Positions 41,026 through 51,837 of a DNA stretch of 64,000 bases are shown piece after piece (position 1 is the first letter of the stretch; the number at the start of each line of letters is the position of its first letter). The notes under the pieces were generated by a model that was not told the DNA's origin, made no database searches, and saw nothing but the letters and a program-made list of their open reading frames with translations. The position numbers and the translations under genes are program-made. This DNA is from Coleofasciculus chthonoplastes F2-STO-03 (GTDB lineage: Bacteria; Cyanobacteriota; Cyanobacteriia; Cyanobacteriales; Coleofasciculaceae), in NCBI GenBank assembly GCA_040222015.1, contig JAVJWO010000052.1:55663-119662 (forward strand). Direction: 5' to 3'.

Positions 41026-43148
41026 TTCACTGTCTTGCCGAGATTCCACAGTTGGGGGTCGAACTGTTGCAACAATCGTCCGGGATTTTGGGCGGGAACC
41101 ACTAGGAGTAAGGCACGCATTGCCCGGGTCATGGCGACGAAGAGGGTGCGACGTTCTCGCTGGTAAATTTCCGCTTTCGCCTCGTCTGGCGTACCTCTGG
41201 GAATAGTCGGGAAGGGAGTATTCAGAAAGCCTGCTATTGCCACTATAGGAAATTCTAATCCTTTTGCCGCTTTTAGGGTGAGGATTTTTACGCCTTGTTT
41301 TTTTAAGTCTAGCTCACGACTAGCCATAAACGTAGCCTCTAATCCCTGATACTTAAGCTGTTCGGCTAGGGTTTTCCCTGCCTTTTCTGTGGGGGTGAGA
41401 ATCGCACAAGCGCCAATTCCCAAGCGGAATTCACGGGCGGCGGATTTGCAGAACCGGGTGAGGAGGGCGGCTTCATCGGCTGATGTGGTCACTGAACGGA
41501 CAGCCGGAGGGGGTCCGGTGTGGATATAGTCACGCTGTACTATATCATCCAAACTGCCACCGACTAGGTAAGAGTGCGCGGCTTCGTTGATTTCTTTGGT
41601 GGTGCGGTGGTTGACGTAGAGGATGCCTGTGCGCCCTTTAAATTTTAGGTCTTGGTGTATATCCCGCCAACGGAAGCTGCTACCGTAGATGGATTGGTTG
41701 GCATCAGCGGTGACGAACAGGCGGTTGGGGTGACGGCACAGTTGCCAAAGCAGGCGCAGGGCGTTGGGTTCCAAGTCTTGGGCTTCGTCGATAATCACCG
41801 CATCATAAAGGGGTGGGTTGTCCATCTCTCGGAGGATTTTCAGGGCGCGGCTGCGGAGTTGTTGCCAGGTTTCTAAGCCTTGTTCACAGAGAAGTTGATA
41901 GAGGTGATGGCGCAGATGCCAGATGGCTTGGCGCTGGGTTTTATTCAGGGCGATTTCTCGTCCAGTGCGGGGGGTGGTTAAATAGTCTTCGAGGGCTGTA
42001 ATTTCTCTGGCTTCGATAACGGTGTTAATTTCTGCGATTAAATAGTCGATGTTCAAGCGTTCCAGGATTTGGGCTTGGGCTTGACGTTGCAGCAGATTAC
42101 CGGGTAATGAGTCAATCGCTTTCGGTAGGGCTTGTTTAATCAGTCGCCGTAAGTCTTTTGCTTGGGCGAGGTTGGGTTTGCCCGTGGCTTGGTCGATAAT
42201 AGAATAGGCGATCGCATCGGCTGTTTTTACCTCTACATACTGGATATCATCCCCTAGTAAATTTGCCAGCAATGCCTTTGAGAAGGCGACTAAAGCGTTG
42301 GTATAGGTGGTAAATAAGAGTTTTGGGGTACTACTCGACTCCTCCCTTGATAAGGCAGGCTGGGGAGAGGCTTTCAAGGTTTCCAGAATTGCCCGCACTC
42401 GATACAGGGCGACAGTACTTTTCCCGGTTCCCGGACCTCCTTTAAGCAGAGTTGGACCACTGGCATTTATTGCCCAGGTGACATATTTTTCTTGTTCGGG
42501 ATTGAGTTTGAGGAGAAAGCCGAAAATATCGCCTTGTTTAAATCGGAGGAGGTTATCGACATCACCGGTGAGGAAATCGGGTTGTTGTAGGATGTCCACC
42601 AGGGGACGTTCAAATAAATAGTCGTCGAGTTTGAGAATAATATCATCGGCAATTCCTGGACAATCAAATAACTCCTCGCGGGTTTTAACTTGGATTAATC
42701 GCGGATGGCAGGGTTCAGGGATGCGAAGGTTTTCTAGGAGTTCGTGGGTAATGGGTTCTGGGAGTTTTGTTTGTGCCGGGTCAGGGAAGGTAAACAGTTT
42801 TTCCCAGTCGGGTTGATTGGGTTTAGTGATATCCGTGAACTTAGGGTCAATTCCACCGAGGAATTCGGCATCTATTTCTTCGTCGTAGGTGTCATCATCG
42901 CGACGGCGCAGGGCGAGTAAGCTAACGTAGGGATGGTCAAAGGTGTAGAAGATGCGGTAATTTCCGGAACGGAGGCGATGGAGTTTTCCGCCTAAGTATT
43001 TGAGTTGTTTTTTTACTTTAGCATCGGGGGTGGGGTCTTGAGAGAGGAGGTTAATTTTTTCCAGGATTTGGCGGCTTTCTTTTGCAGATAGGGCAAGCCA
43101 TTCCGTCTGGAATGTGGGTTTCATTGTTGTTAGCCAAGGGGTAGTCAT
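41022..43148 (-). CDS. RelE/ParE-like domain fused to a UvrD-like SF1 helicase
   Basis: N-terminal HRLRSGNYRIFY (RelE-like); GGPGTGKS, DEAQD, DANQSIY, KGLEF, LFVAMTRA. Confidence 0.85.
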   Translation of the reverse strand: MTTPWLTTMKPTFQTEWLALSAKESRQILEKINLLSQDPTPDAKVKKQLKYLGGKLHRLRSGNYRIFYTFDHPYVSLLALRRRDDDTYDEEIDAEFLGGIDPKFTDITKPNQPDWEKLFTFPDPAQTKLPEPITHELLENLRIPEPCHPRLIQVKTREELFDCPGIADDIILKLDDYLFERPLVDILQQPDFLTGDVDNLLRFKQGDIFGFLLKLNPEQEKYVTWAINASGPTLLKGGPGTGKSTVALYRVRAILETLKASPQPALSREESSSTPKLLFTTYTNALVAFSKALLANLLGDDIQYVEVKTADAIAYSIIDQATGKPNLAQAKDLRRLIKQALPKAIDSLPGNLLQRQAQAQILERLNIDYLIAEINTVIEAREITALEDYLTTPRTGREIALNKTQRQAIWHLRHHLYQLLCEQGLETWQQLRSRALKILREMDNPPLYDAVIIDEAQDLEPNALRLLWQLCRHPNRLFVTADANQSIYGSSFRWRDIHQDLKFKGRTGILYVNHRTTKEINEAAHSYLVGGSLDDIVQRDYIHTGPPPAVRSVTTSADEAALLTRFCKSAAREFRLGIGACAILTPTEKAGKTLAEQLKYQGLEATFMASRELDLKKQGVKILTLKAAKGLEFPIVAIAGFLNTPFPTIPRGTPDEAKAEIYQRERRTLFVAMTRAMRALLLVVPAQNPGRLLQQFDPQLWNLGKTVK

Positions 43149-43267
43149 GTCATGTCTGGTTGAATAGTTACAGTATTAATGGAGACAAGGTAGAGGGTAG
43201 AAGGGAAGGAAAATGGAAATGATAACTGACGAGAAGGGCAAGATGTTATGGGTAAAATGTTGGCAAT

Positions 43268-43729
43268 TTAGTAGAGGGAACGAGTGAGGACATCCACAAT
43301 CTGGTACAGAACGTTTTCGGGATGATGAAACACCTCCTGATTAGAAAATCGCAGTACGGTAAAGCCATTTTTTTGCATCCATTCATTACGAATAGCATCT
43401 TCGGCTTTTCGGGTCTCATGAATGCTACCGTCTAATTCAACAACCAATCGGGCTTCATGACAGTAAAAGTCAGCGATATAGCGACCAATGTTGTGTTGTC
43501 TACGGAATTTGGCGTTGAGTAATTGTCGATTTCGCAAACATTGCCAGAGGAGTTTTTCGGCGGGGGTTTGTTTTTTGCGGAGTTCTCTAGCCCGTTGGAG
43601 TAAGATGTCTGGGATATGTCGGTTAATTCCGGCGAGGTGGTCGCCCTCTCCGACTCCCTCTCCGACTCCCTCTCCCTGTGGGAGAGGGCTGGGGTGAGGG
43701 TTAATCTTATCGGAGAAAAAATCTGACAT
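43268..43729 (-). CDS. DUF559 (Vsr-like) endonuclease domain protein
   Basis: ARELRKKQTPAEKLLW, KFRRQH.IG.YIADF, VELDGSIH, VLRFSN; ATG at 43729 after AAGGAG. Confidence 0.9.
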   Translation of the reverse strand: MSDFFSDKINPHPSPLPQGEGVGEGVGEGDHLAGINRHIPDILLQRARELRKKQTPAEKLLWQCLRNRQLLNAKFRRQHNIGRYIADFYCHEARLVVELDGSIHETRKAEDAIRNEWMQKNGFTVLRFSNQEVFHHPENVLYQIVDVLTRSLY

Positions 43730-43832
43730 ACTTATCTCCTTAAACACATTGCAGGCAAAGCACCGATGCAGAAAATACTATTTCCGACTACTATATGGTT
43801 ACTCTTCTCATAGAATAAACTCCTATTCATTA

Positions 43833-46800
43833 CTAAAACAAACTTGTCTGTCCCGGCGATGCTTTCTTTTTCCCTTTCTTCTTCCGAGATTTTCCCTTTT
43901 TCTTCTTATCATGCAATCCTGCGGCGACTTCTTCGGCGTAACGTTCGTGGTTCAATTGTAGGAGTCTGTCGAGGACTTCTCGCCGTACAGTTTCGCTGAT
44001 AGTGAAGCGTAATCCTTGTTTAGTTTCGTGGAAATCGTGTTCTAATCCTCCCGCCCTTTGAGAGGGGAGTAAGTCTGTCCAACCATAGGCGGCGGCGACG
44101 GCATAATCCATTTCGATGTGGAGTTGGCGCAGGTGTTCGATATCGCTGTCGGTTTCGTCGGGATTGTGGAAACGGTTGTAGGTTTTGGTGAGTCCTTCTT
44201 GGCGTGTTTGCATGATGGTTTGGCGGTGAGTGTAGTATTTTTCGCCTATTTCTTCTAGGTTTGGGGTTGATGTGGGAAAGGGGAAGGTTTCAAAGCAGTC
44301 TGAGGGGGCATAATTCAAAGTTGTTGCTCCTAGAGTTGACGTATATTGTCTTGCCCATTCCCAATGCAAACTGTTCTGAAGTATCGTCAAGAGATAGTCT
44401 GAATTATTAGGAAATATAACTAATTTTTCATTGAAAACAATTTCGGAAGAAATCCATGTAACAGCACAACTAGGACTAACTCTTGCTGTCACCAACACCC
44501 GATCGCACTCCGCGATCGCATCATAGAGTTCCGGTCGATTTCGCTCATATAGCCACCACTTTTCTCGCGCAGACTTACTATACTTATTAGCCTCTCTCTC
44601 AGGCTTAACCTTCTCTTCTACAATTGCCAAACAATCCGGATAATCAGCCGCATAGGGCGCACCTTTGGGCTTCTTCGGATTGTCATGTTCAGCATCAAAA
44701 GCCCAATCGTGAAAATTAATTACCCAGCGACTCGGTGATTGGTCAGGGTTAGAATTCAAATCCTGACCATTTAAATTAAATAAGGAAATAAAACATCTTG
44801 ATTGCGAGTGTCTTTTTCAATCAGTGCTTGGGCTTCTTCTGGAGTCAAGATAAAACCCATACCTAGCACATACGAACCAATAAACGATTTATCCTGATTT
44901 GCCGCTAACCGATGAGGCTTACCAACAGCTTTCCCTGGAATTGTCAAAAACGATGTAATTCCCTCAACCGGCTTTTCATCTAAAATAAACTTACTCTGCC
45001 AATTCCCTTGCCGCAGCCAAACATGAGCCACTTCTATACTCGCCGTTCCGGGCCACTTGCGACTAGGGACAGCACGAGGAATAATGCAACCCTGCGCCAC
45101 CAATTGGTCTAAGCCAACCTCGCGGGTATCCCCTTGGGCAATTGTATTGGTTGCTAATAAACCCAACCCGCCATCTTGACGGAGTAACTTTTGCCCACGT
45201 AAGAAAAAATAAGCACAAATATCAGCACTCCCGCGTTTACCATTAGCAATCCATTCCACCAGAAAATCTCGGTATTCCGTACTCAGTGCGCCCGTAATCT
45301 TTTGACCCCCCATAAACGGCGGATTACCAATCAGGGCGTGGAAACCCCTCTCTGACTCCAACTCCCTCTCCCTCTCCAACTCCAACTCCAACTCCAACTC
45401 CAACTCCCTCTCCCTGAGGGAGAGGGCAGGGGTGAGGGTCAGGGAGAGGGCAGGGGTGAGGGAAAACACCTCTGGAAACTCCAACTCCCAGTGAAACGGG
45501 CGCAACTCTTCCTCCCTAGGCAAAACCGCGCGATCGCGTTCCGACACATCCGCCTCACCTTTTGCCACCCATAATAAGCGCTGGCGCAATGCTTCTTGTT
45601 CCGATTTCGTCCCTTGGGCAAAATAACTATAAATGAGTTGATTAGCGCGATCGCGTAAATCCTTTATTCTGGCATTAGCCTGGGTCAACAGAAACGCCTT
45701 CTCCTGTTGATCGTGCGACGTAGTCACCGGTTTAGCTTCAATTTGCAAACGCAATGCGATCGCCTCTTCCACTTCTCGGAGAATGCGATCGCTACCCACA
45801 TCCAACTGGAGTATCTTACTACTGGTATCCAAATTCCAACAGCGCAACTGTGCCAAACTCACCCCCACCAGAGAATCCCCACACTTAAGGGCATGATCTA
45901 AAAATGTAAACGGCTTACTCTTTTGCAGCGTCTCCAACCACAACGATAACTTCGCCATTTCCACCGCCAAAGGATTCTTATCCACCCCATACAAACAGCG
46001 TTCCGCCACAATCCGCTTTGCCACAATCAGCCGTTCATCGGCATCAGTAGGAATCAAACACTCCTGTGGATGCGCCTGAGACAACTCCCCTTCTGGCGTA
46101 ACCACCACATATTTTTTCGCCCCTCGCCCCCTGCGAGACGAGGTTAGAGAATGAAGTTCCAACCCTTCCCACGCCTCCACCAACCGTTCCGCCAAATAGC
46201 GACAAGCCTGAACCAAAAACGCCCCCGAACCCATCGCCATGTCACAGACTTTTAGCTGTAGCAACTCCGCCGCCGACTTCAGTCGCCACTGTTCCTTGGG
46301 TTTTCCTTCAACCACTCCTCGATAAACCAAAGGTTCAAGAGTATAGCGAACAATCTCCTCAGTCAAACTGCGCGGCGTATAATGTGTCCCCGTTTCCCGA
46401 CGATCCGAACCTTGAGTCACATAGACACTACCCTCTGGAATCACAATCGGATAATCAAACGTATCGAAGCGAATCAGTTGAGCAAAGGGTAAAACCCGAT
46501 TAAACAGGACGGTATCATTATTACAAGCAATCAGCAACCGTTGACTTTCCATAGAACTAAGCCCCCCCACAGAACCTCCCCCTCGCCCTGAGGGAGAGGG
46601 GACTAAGGGGTGAGGGCGAACCACTGAACTAAGCCCCCCCACAGGACTTTCCCCTCGCCCTGAGGGAGAGGGGATTAAGGGGTGAGGGCGCAAAGCCTTC
46701 CGCAACGCCGAAACCGATCGCCCCGTCACCTTCTTCAGAAACCCAACCACCTCCTCCTCACCCTTTTCCCACGCCTTCTCCAAATCCACCAGCGCCACTT

Positions 46801-48217
46801 CTGGTTCCTTATCCTTCGTTCCAATTAATCCCAACACCGTAGACATCGCCCGCACCGCCGTATGGTCAAGCAACCCCTCATAAACATGACCAATCTGTTC
46901 AATATCCAACGCCCGAAACGACAGCCGACGCGGTTCTATCCCGCCCCCTGGCACCTTCACCTGCAAAAGTTGCAGCGCTTCCAATAAGTGCAGAACCGTG
47001 CGATTATTAATCGGAATCGGGTTTGATGGGGTAGTCTGCCAACTCTTACCCAGAGGGCGTCCTTCCAGAAACGGAAATCGGTCAGGATCAAATAAATCGC
47101 CCCCATAAGCAGGCAATTGCAGCGCATCGTGGCGAATTCCCGCATACACCGCCCGAAATGTTGCCAGCAGCCGACACCAACCATCATGGCGATACTGCAA
47201 TATCTCCTCCCCCTGCTGATCTGCCACTTCCCGTAACTGCGATCGCAGGGTAGACACCGCATAACATTGGTCGTAGAGTTCATCCCCCAGTAACAGCAAT
47301 CCCTTCTCCTCAGCGGAGAAGAGAAACACCAAACGCATCATCACCGTCAGCGCCGCTTCATACAATTGGGATTCCGAGATTCCTGCAAGGAGAGTACCAT
47401 TGCGATCGCCATCAATCCGATCCAGCGCTTGCACCAACACCTCCACCGCCTTGCGAACCTGATACCCTAACTGGTCAGTAACCTCCTGTTGACTATTGAC
47501 ACTTTGCCCCAAAAGTGCTTCTAAATTCGGCTCTTCCACAAAGAACCGCCGCACCCCCAGCAAACTGCGAAACGCCCTCAGAGTAATATGTTCTTCCAAC
47601 CAGAGATTAGCGTACCAAGAGATAAAGCCCGTCGTTTCCCCTCTGGGCGCATTCACCAGCATCCACCTATCGCCATTCGTAACCAATCCCAAGCGCACAT
47701 TGCAACTGTGCAACAGTTCCATCATCCGCGTCGCCGGACTCGCCTTCCAGCGTTTTCCCGCCAAAGGTTTATCCAAATCCTGACCAGCAGGAACAACCTG
47801 AATCAACAGGCGAGGTTTCACTCCCTCTCCCACTCCCTCTCCCTGTGGGAGAGGGCTGGGGAGAGGGTCAGGGTGAGAGTAAACCACCCAATCCGGACGC
47901 AGCCTATCCTGATGTTCCGCCACATCCACACTCAATCCGGTGGGAATCTGCTGTCCCGACAACAGCACCTCATCCGGGAATTCCAACACCTCCTGCAAAA
48001 CAAACTCCACCCAAGCGCGATGAATCGCCGGGTCAGGTCTTAACCCCTGCTGATTATCCTCCCATTCTTCAAAAGCCAGACGCAGACTCCGCAACAGTTC
48101 CGGGTCATGGGCGTCCAATCCTTGAGGAAATGCCTCTAACAGAACAGGCATACTCAAAAACGGACCTGATGCTTCAACTAAAGATAACCATTCGGCGTGG
48201 TGACGTGCAGTAGACAT
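43833..48217 (-). pseudogene. drmMI: DISARM class I adenine methyltransferase DrmMI (Eco57I/type IIG-like), frameshifted near 44775
   Basis: HHAEWLSL.E.SGPFL start, HYTPR, DMAMGSGAFL (motif I), GNPPF (motif IV); ORFs 44771-48217 and 43833-44759 join as LFPYLNGQDLNS once a 5-bp duplication is removed. Confidence 0.88.
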
Positions 48218-48300
48218 AGCAATTGTAGAGTCGTGCCGGAATCAAAGGCAGGTTCATCTCCTTCTTAACATGTTCTAGGAAGACTCTGGAGACAAGATAA

Positions 48301-51300
48301 CTAATACGCCAGTTTCTTCGGAATCAGATAGGTAATTGCCAAAGGAAATAATCGCGGTGTAGGATTCCGAAACCGGGCGCGAATCGTCGCGGTTTCCCGT
48401 TCAATTTCATCAGGAATTTCCTCAACTCTGGCTTGTAAACTATTGACATTTCGCTCAAACTGTTCCCTCTCAGCGCTACTGAACAATTCCAACTGCACCG
48501 CCTCCGGTTCCTGCAACTCCTGTAAAATACTCTGGCGTAGTTCCGTTAAAATAGCCGTAATATCGTTCACTTCCTTCTGACAACGGTCTTCTAGGGCTTT
48601 CTGTAAACCCGCCGTGCGCTGTTCCATCCGCACCTCTAGCGATCGCAACAAAGAATCGGCATAATTATGCCAAAGCTCAACTAACCGTCCCTTGATCTCC
48701 TCCGGGACAGCATCGGGTAAAACCGACTCCAGCGCCAACTGAATTTGACCGACATTCAGGCGACTAAACCGCCCCTCTTTGAGTATCCCTCCCGCCGTAA
48801 TCACCTCTTCATGCAGCCGTTGCTGGTCACCGCCCAAAATCAGCAAACGCCCATAAGCAATCACCGCCGGAAACTCCAACGCCGAAGACGGAACTAACTG
48901 CGCCGTCACTCGATATAAAGAGTTCTGACCCTCCCGCGACCACACTTGCGCCCGCAACAGTCGCAAGCACATCTGTACCAATCGGTGATTCAGATGCACC
49001 AGCACCACATCATCTCGACCACAGGCGACATCCGGGTCAAAGACAATCGGACGAATCTCATGGGTGTGGGGATGTGCCAATCCTTCGCTACAAACCGCCC
49101 AACTGTGCTTAAGAGGCGGCAATTGATAGGCGTTCCCCCTCAAATCAGGAATCTCCACCGGAATCAGGGGCGGCTGTTCTGCCAACTCCAGCCCCACCCG
49201 AACCACCGATTCAATATTATCCGGCGTCAGGCGCAGATTGCGGCGGGTTTCGTCCAGTTGTTCCCGCAGTCTCTCAATTTGGTCGCGCACTTTCCGTTCA
49301 AACTTCAACATCCGCCGCACAGGTTCCGATTCCTGTTCCGCATGGCTGGTATCCAATGCGGCGCGATACCCCAGCATCGCCTCTTCAACCTGTTGGGCAA
49401 TCACCAAACCCACTTTGCCCAAATCTTCCCGGATAGTATTCACCTTTAAAGCCGCCCGCATCAGAAACTCTAAATCCCCATCCAGTTCACCAGGACGAAC
49501 ATGAGACACCGCATTCTGCTGGTAATCTTTGCCAACAAAGTGATAAACATGAACCTGATCTGCTTTTTGCCCATGACGGTCAATTCGCCCATTCCGCTGT
49601 TCCATCCGGTTCGGGTTCCAGGGAATCTCGTAATGAATCAGCCGGGAACAGTAATTTTGCAAGTCCAACCCTTCAGACGCCGCATCCGTGGCGAGTAAAA
49701 TCCGCACATTAGCCACATCCGGATGTGCCTGAAATGCCGCTTTTACCCGTTCCCGTTCCTGGGCATCAATGCCACCATACAGCAGCATCAGCCGTTCGTC
49801 CTGGGCAAGTCCTTGGGTTGCTAGGATTTCATACAGCCACTTTTGGGTTGCCCGATATTCGGTGAAAATAATCACCCGTTCCTGTGACCATTTGCCATTG
49901 GGTCGCAGATGGGTATCAATCCAGTGCAGCAGTTCCCTGGCTTTGGCATCCGGTCGCCGAGAGGCTGCCTCTGCCCAGGTTTGTAGGTCTTGGAGTAAAG
50001 ATTGTTCTTGGGGGGAGAGTTCCCGAAATAGGCGAGAGGTGGACGCGATCGCATCTCCGGTAGACTCTTCATATACGGTATCATCGGCAAACTCTTCCTC
50101 AATTTGTTCCACCTGTCGCCGCAATAGTCCCATGGTGGGTTTCGACACCCCAGAACCTCGACGACGGGCAGATTTGAGGGAACTAAGGTGTTGAGTTAGG
50201 GTTAGGGCAAAGGCAGCCGATGATGAAAACAGGCGTTTTTTGAGTAGCTTGAGGACAAACTCGGTGGCATATTTTTCGGTGTTATCGGTTGAACCTTGGC
50301 GGCGGAGTGTGGTGTACTCCTGGAGTTGTCGATGCGCCCGTCGTTCGGCATCAGTATAGTCAACCGCAATTGCCTCTAACTCCCGTTCCGGGAAACGCGG
50401 CGTCCCATCCCAACGAGGCGGCAGTTCTCGCTTCAGGCGACGCACCATAATCGTTTGTAGTTGGTTGCGATCGGGTTTAACGCCCCGGGCGAACCGCTGA
50501 TTGTCCACCAGTTCCAGCAGGGCGGTAAAGCTTTCGGGATAGCCGTTGTGAGGGGTAGCGGTGAGAAATAACTTGTGTTCAAAATGGGGTTCGAGTAAGC
50601 GAATCGCCGCCGTCCGCAGTGAGTCAATGGCATACTTCCCACTACCCGAAGGCGCGACATTATGCGATTCATCCACAATCAGCAGGTCAAAGCGCCGGGG
50701 ATAGATGGACTCTCCCTCTGTAGGCAGGACTTCTCGGATTAATCGTAAAGGGCGATCGCGTTTGATAAAATCAATTGAGGTAATTAATCGGGGAAAATGC
50801 GTCCAAGGATTGACGTGAATCCCTCGATGACGACGCAACTGTTTCATCAAGCTACTATCGACAATGCGGAAGTCCAGACCAAACTTATCTCGCATCTGTT
50901 CTTGCCATTGAATTTGCAACGCCGAGGGACAGACAATCAAAATCCGCCGCACCCGCTGGCGCAGCATCAACTCTTGGGCGACTAATCCCGCTTCAATCGT
51001 TTTTCCCAACCCCACATCATCGGCAATTAATAAGTTCACCCGAGGCATCTGAATGGCTCGCACCACCGGGTCGAGTTGATAATCTTCAATATCTATACCA
51101 CTACGAAAAGGCGATTGCACATTACGGACATCTGCACTCGAAGCCGCCCCCCATCGCACAGCATCTAAGAAAGCATCCAGACGTGCGGGTTGGTCAAACC
51201 CGGCGGGATAGGGCAACTCCATTTTTTCATGAACGTAAGCGCCCGGTTCCAATTCCCAAATGACTTGCAGTTGTTCACCCAAGGCATCATCTTCCACAGA

Positions 51301-51480
51301 AGAGAGCATGACCAGATGTTGAGGATTCTCAATTTTCCCCAGGATGGAGTTGGGGGATAAGGCAGTCTGGCGGACATCAGTCACCACAAAGCGGCGTCCT
51401 CTAACATCTGCCAGTTGTCCGGGTTCGGGAGTAGCTCTGACGATACTTGCACGGGTCATGGGTGGCGCAGAAACTGACAA
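48301..51480 (-). CDS. drmD: DISARM SNF2-like helicase DrmD
   Basis: ADDVGLGKT, DESH, TATPHNG, ATDAASEGLDLQ, EQRNGRIDR; first gene of the drm operon. Confidence 0.92.
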   Translation of the reverse strand: MSVSAPPMTRASIVRATPEPGQLADVRGRRFVVTDVRQTALSPNSILGKIENPQHLVMLSSVEDDALGEQLQVIWELEPGAYVHEKMELPYPAGFDQPARLDAFLDAVRWGAASSADVRNVQSPFRSGIDIEDYQLDPVVRAIQMPRVNLLIADDVGLGKTIEAGLVAQELMLRQRVRRILIVCPSALQIQWQEQMRDKFGLDFRIVDSSLMKQLRRHRGIHVNPWTHFPRLITSIDFIKRDRPLRLIREVLPTEGESIYPRRFDLLIVDESHNVAPSGSGKYAIDSLRTAAIRLLEPHFEHKLFLTATPHNGYPESFTALLELVDNQRFARGVKPDRNQLQTIMVRRLKRELPPRWDGTPRFPERELEAIAVDYTDAERRAHRQLQEYTTLRRQGSTDNTEKYATEFVLKLLKKRLFSSSAAFALTLTQHLSSLKSARRRGSGVSKPTMGLLRRQVEQIEEEFADDTVYEESTGDAIASTSRLFRELSPQEQSLLQDLQTWAEAASRRPDAKARELLHWIDTHLRPNGKWSQERVIIFTEYRATQKWLYEILATQGLAQDERLMLLYGGIDAQERERVKAAFQAHPDVANVRILLATDAASEGLDLQNYCSRLIHYEIPWNPNRMEQRNGRIDRHGQKADQVHVYHFVGKDYQQNAVSHVRPGELDGDLEFLMRAALKVNTIREDLGKVGLVIAQQVEEAMLGYRAALDTSHAEQESEPVRRMLKFERKVRDQIERLREQLDETRRNLRLTPDNIESVVRVGLELAEQPPLIPVEIPDLRGNAYQLPPLKHSWAVCSEGLAHPHTHEIRPIVFDPDVACGRDDVVLVHLNHRLVQMCLRLLRAQVWSREGQNSLYRVTAQLVPSSALEFPAVIAYGRLLILGGDQQRLHEEVITAGGILKEGRFSRLNVGQIQLALESVLPDAVPEEIKGRLVELWHNYADSLLRSLEVRMEQRTAGLQKALEDRCQKEVNDITAILTELRQSILQELQEPEAVQLELFSSAEREQFERNVNSLQARVEEIPDEIERETATIRARFRNPTPRLFPLAITYLIPKKLAY

Positions 51481-51546
51481 TTACTTATTTAGGTTGTGGC
51501 ACAATTTTTTAATCGCGGCAATGCTACAGATGAGTCAATGCTGTTA

Positions 51547-51680
51547 TAAGTAGTCGGACAAAAGAAAACAGCACCGTGCTAAGTTTTGTAAACAAGCCTC
51601 AAACCCTTACATAAACGTAGCTTGCTTCTCGATGAAAGCGAGTTCTCCACCGTTCACGTTAATTATGTCCACCTTACTTA
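51547..51680. mobile_element. MITE-like element upstream of drmD
   Basis: Imperfect terminal inverted repeats TAAGTAGTCGGACA / TGTCCACCTTACTTA, 134 bp long. Confidence 0.5.
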
Positions 51681-51837
51681 TTCAGAGTCTCAGCGATCCA
51701 TTCTAGAAATCGAGAAAGCCATGGCAATATGGCAATATTTAAGATGCACACTAGCTGTTTTACCGACTCCAATTGTCTCTAAGCCGATAAAATTATTTAT
51801 GCTTAACTAATGGCGTAGGCGGGTACTTCGATCATCT

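Noticed and set aside
43833..44759. Separate 308-aa gene
   Set aside because: It is the frameshifted C-terminal part of drmMI.
33682..50985. Numerous antisense ORFs of 60-170 aa over wza and the DISARM genes
   Set aside because: They are shadow frames of long genes, with no motifs or ribosome-binding sites.
35450..51830. DISARM locus as an integrative element or prophage
   Set aside because: I found no integrase, tRNA or flanking direct repeats by eye, and HIP1 content looks host-like.
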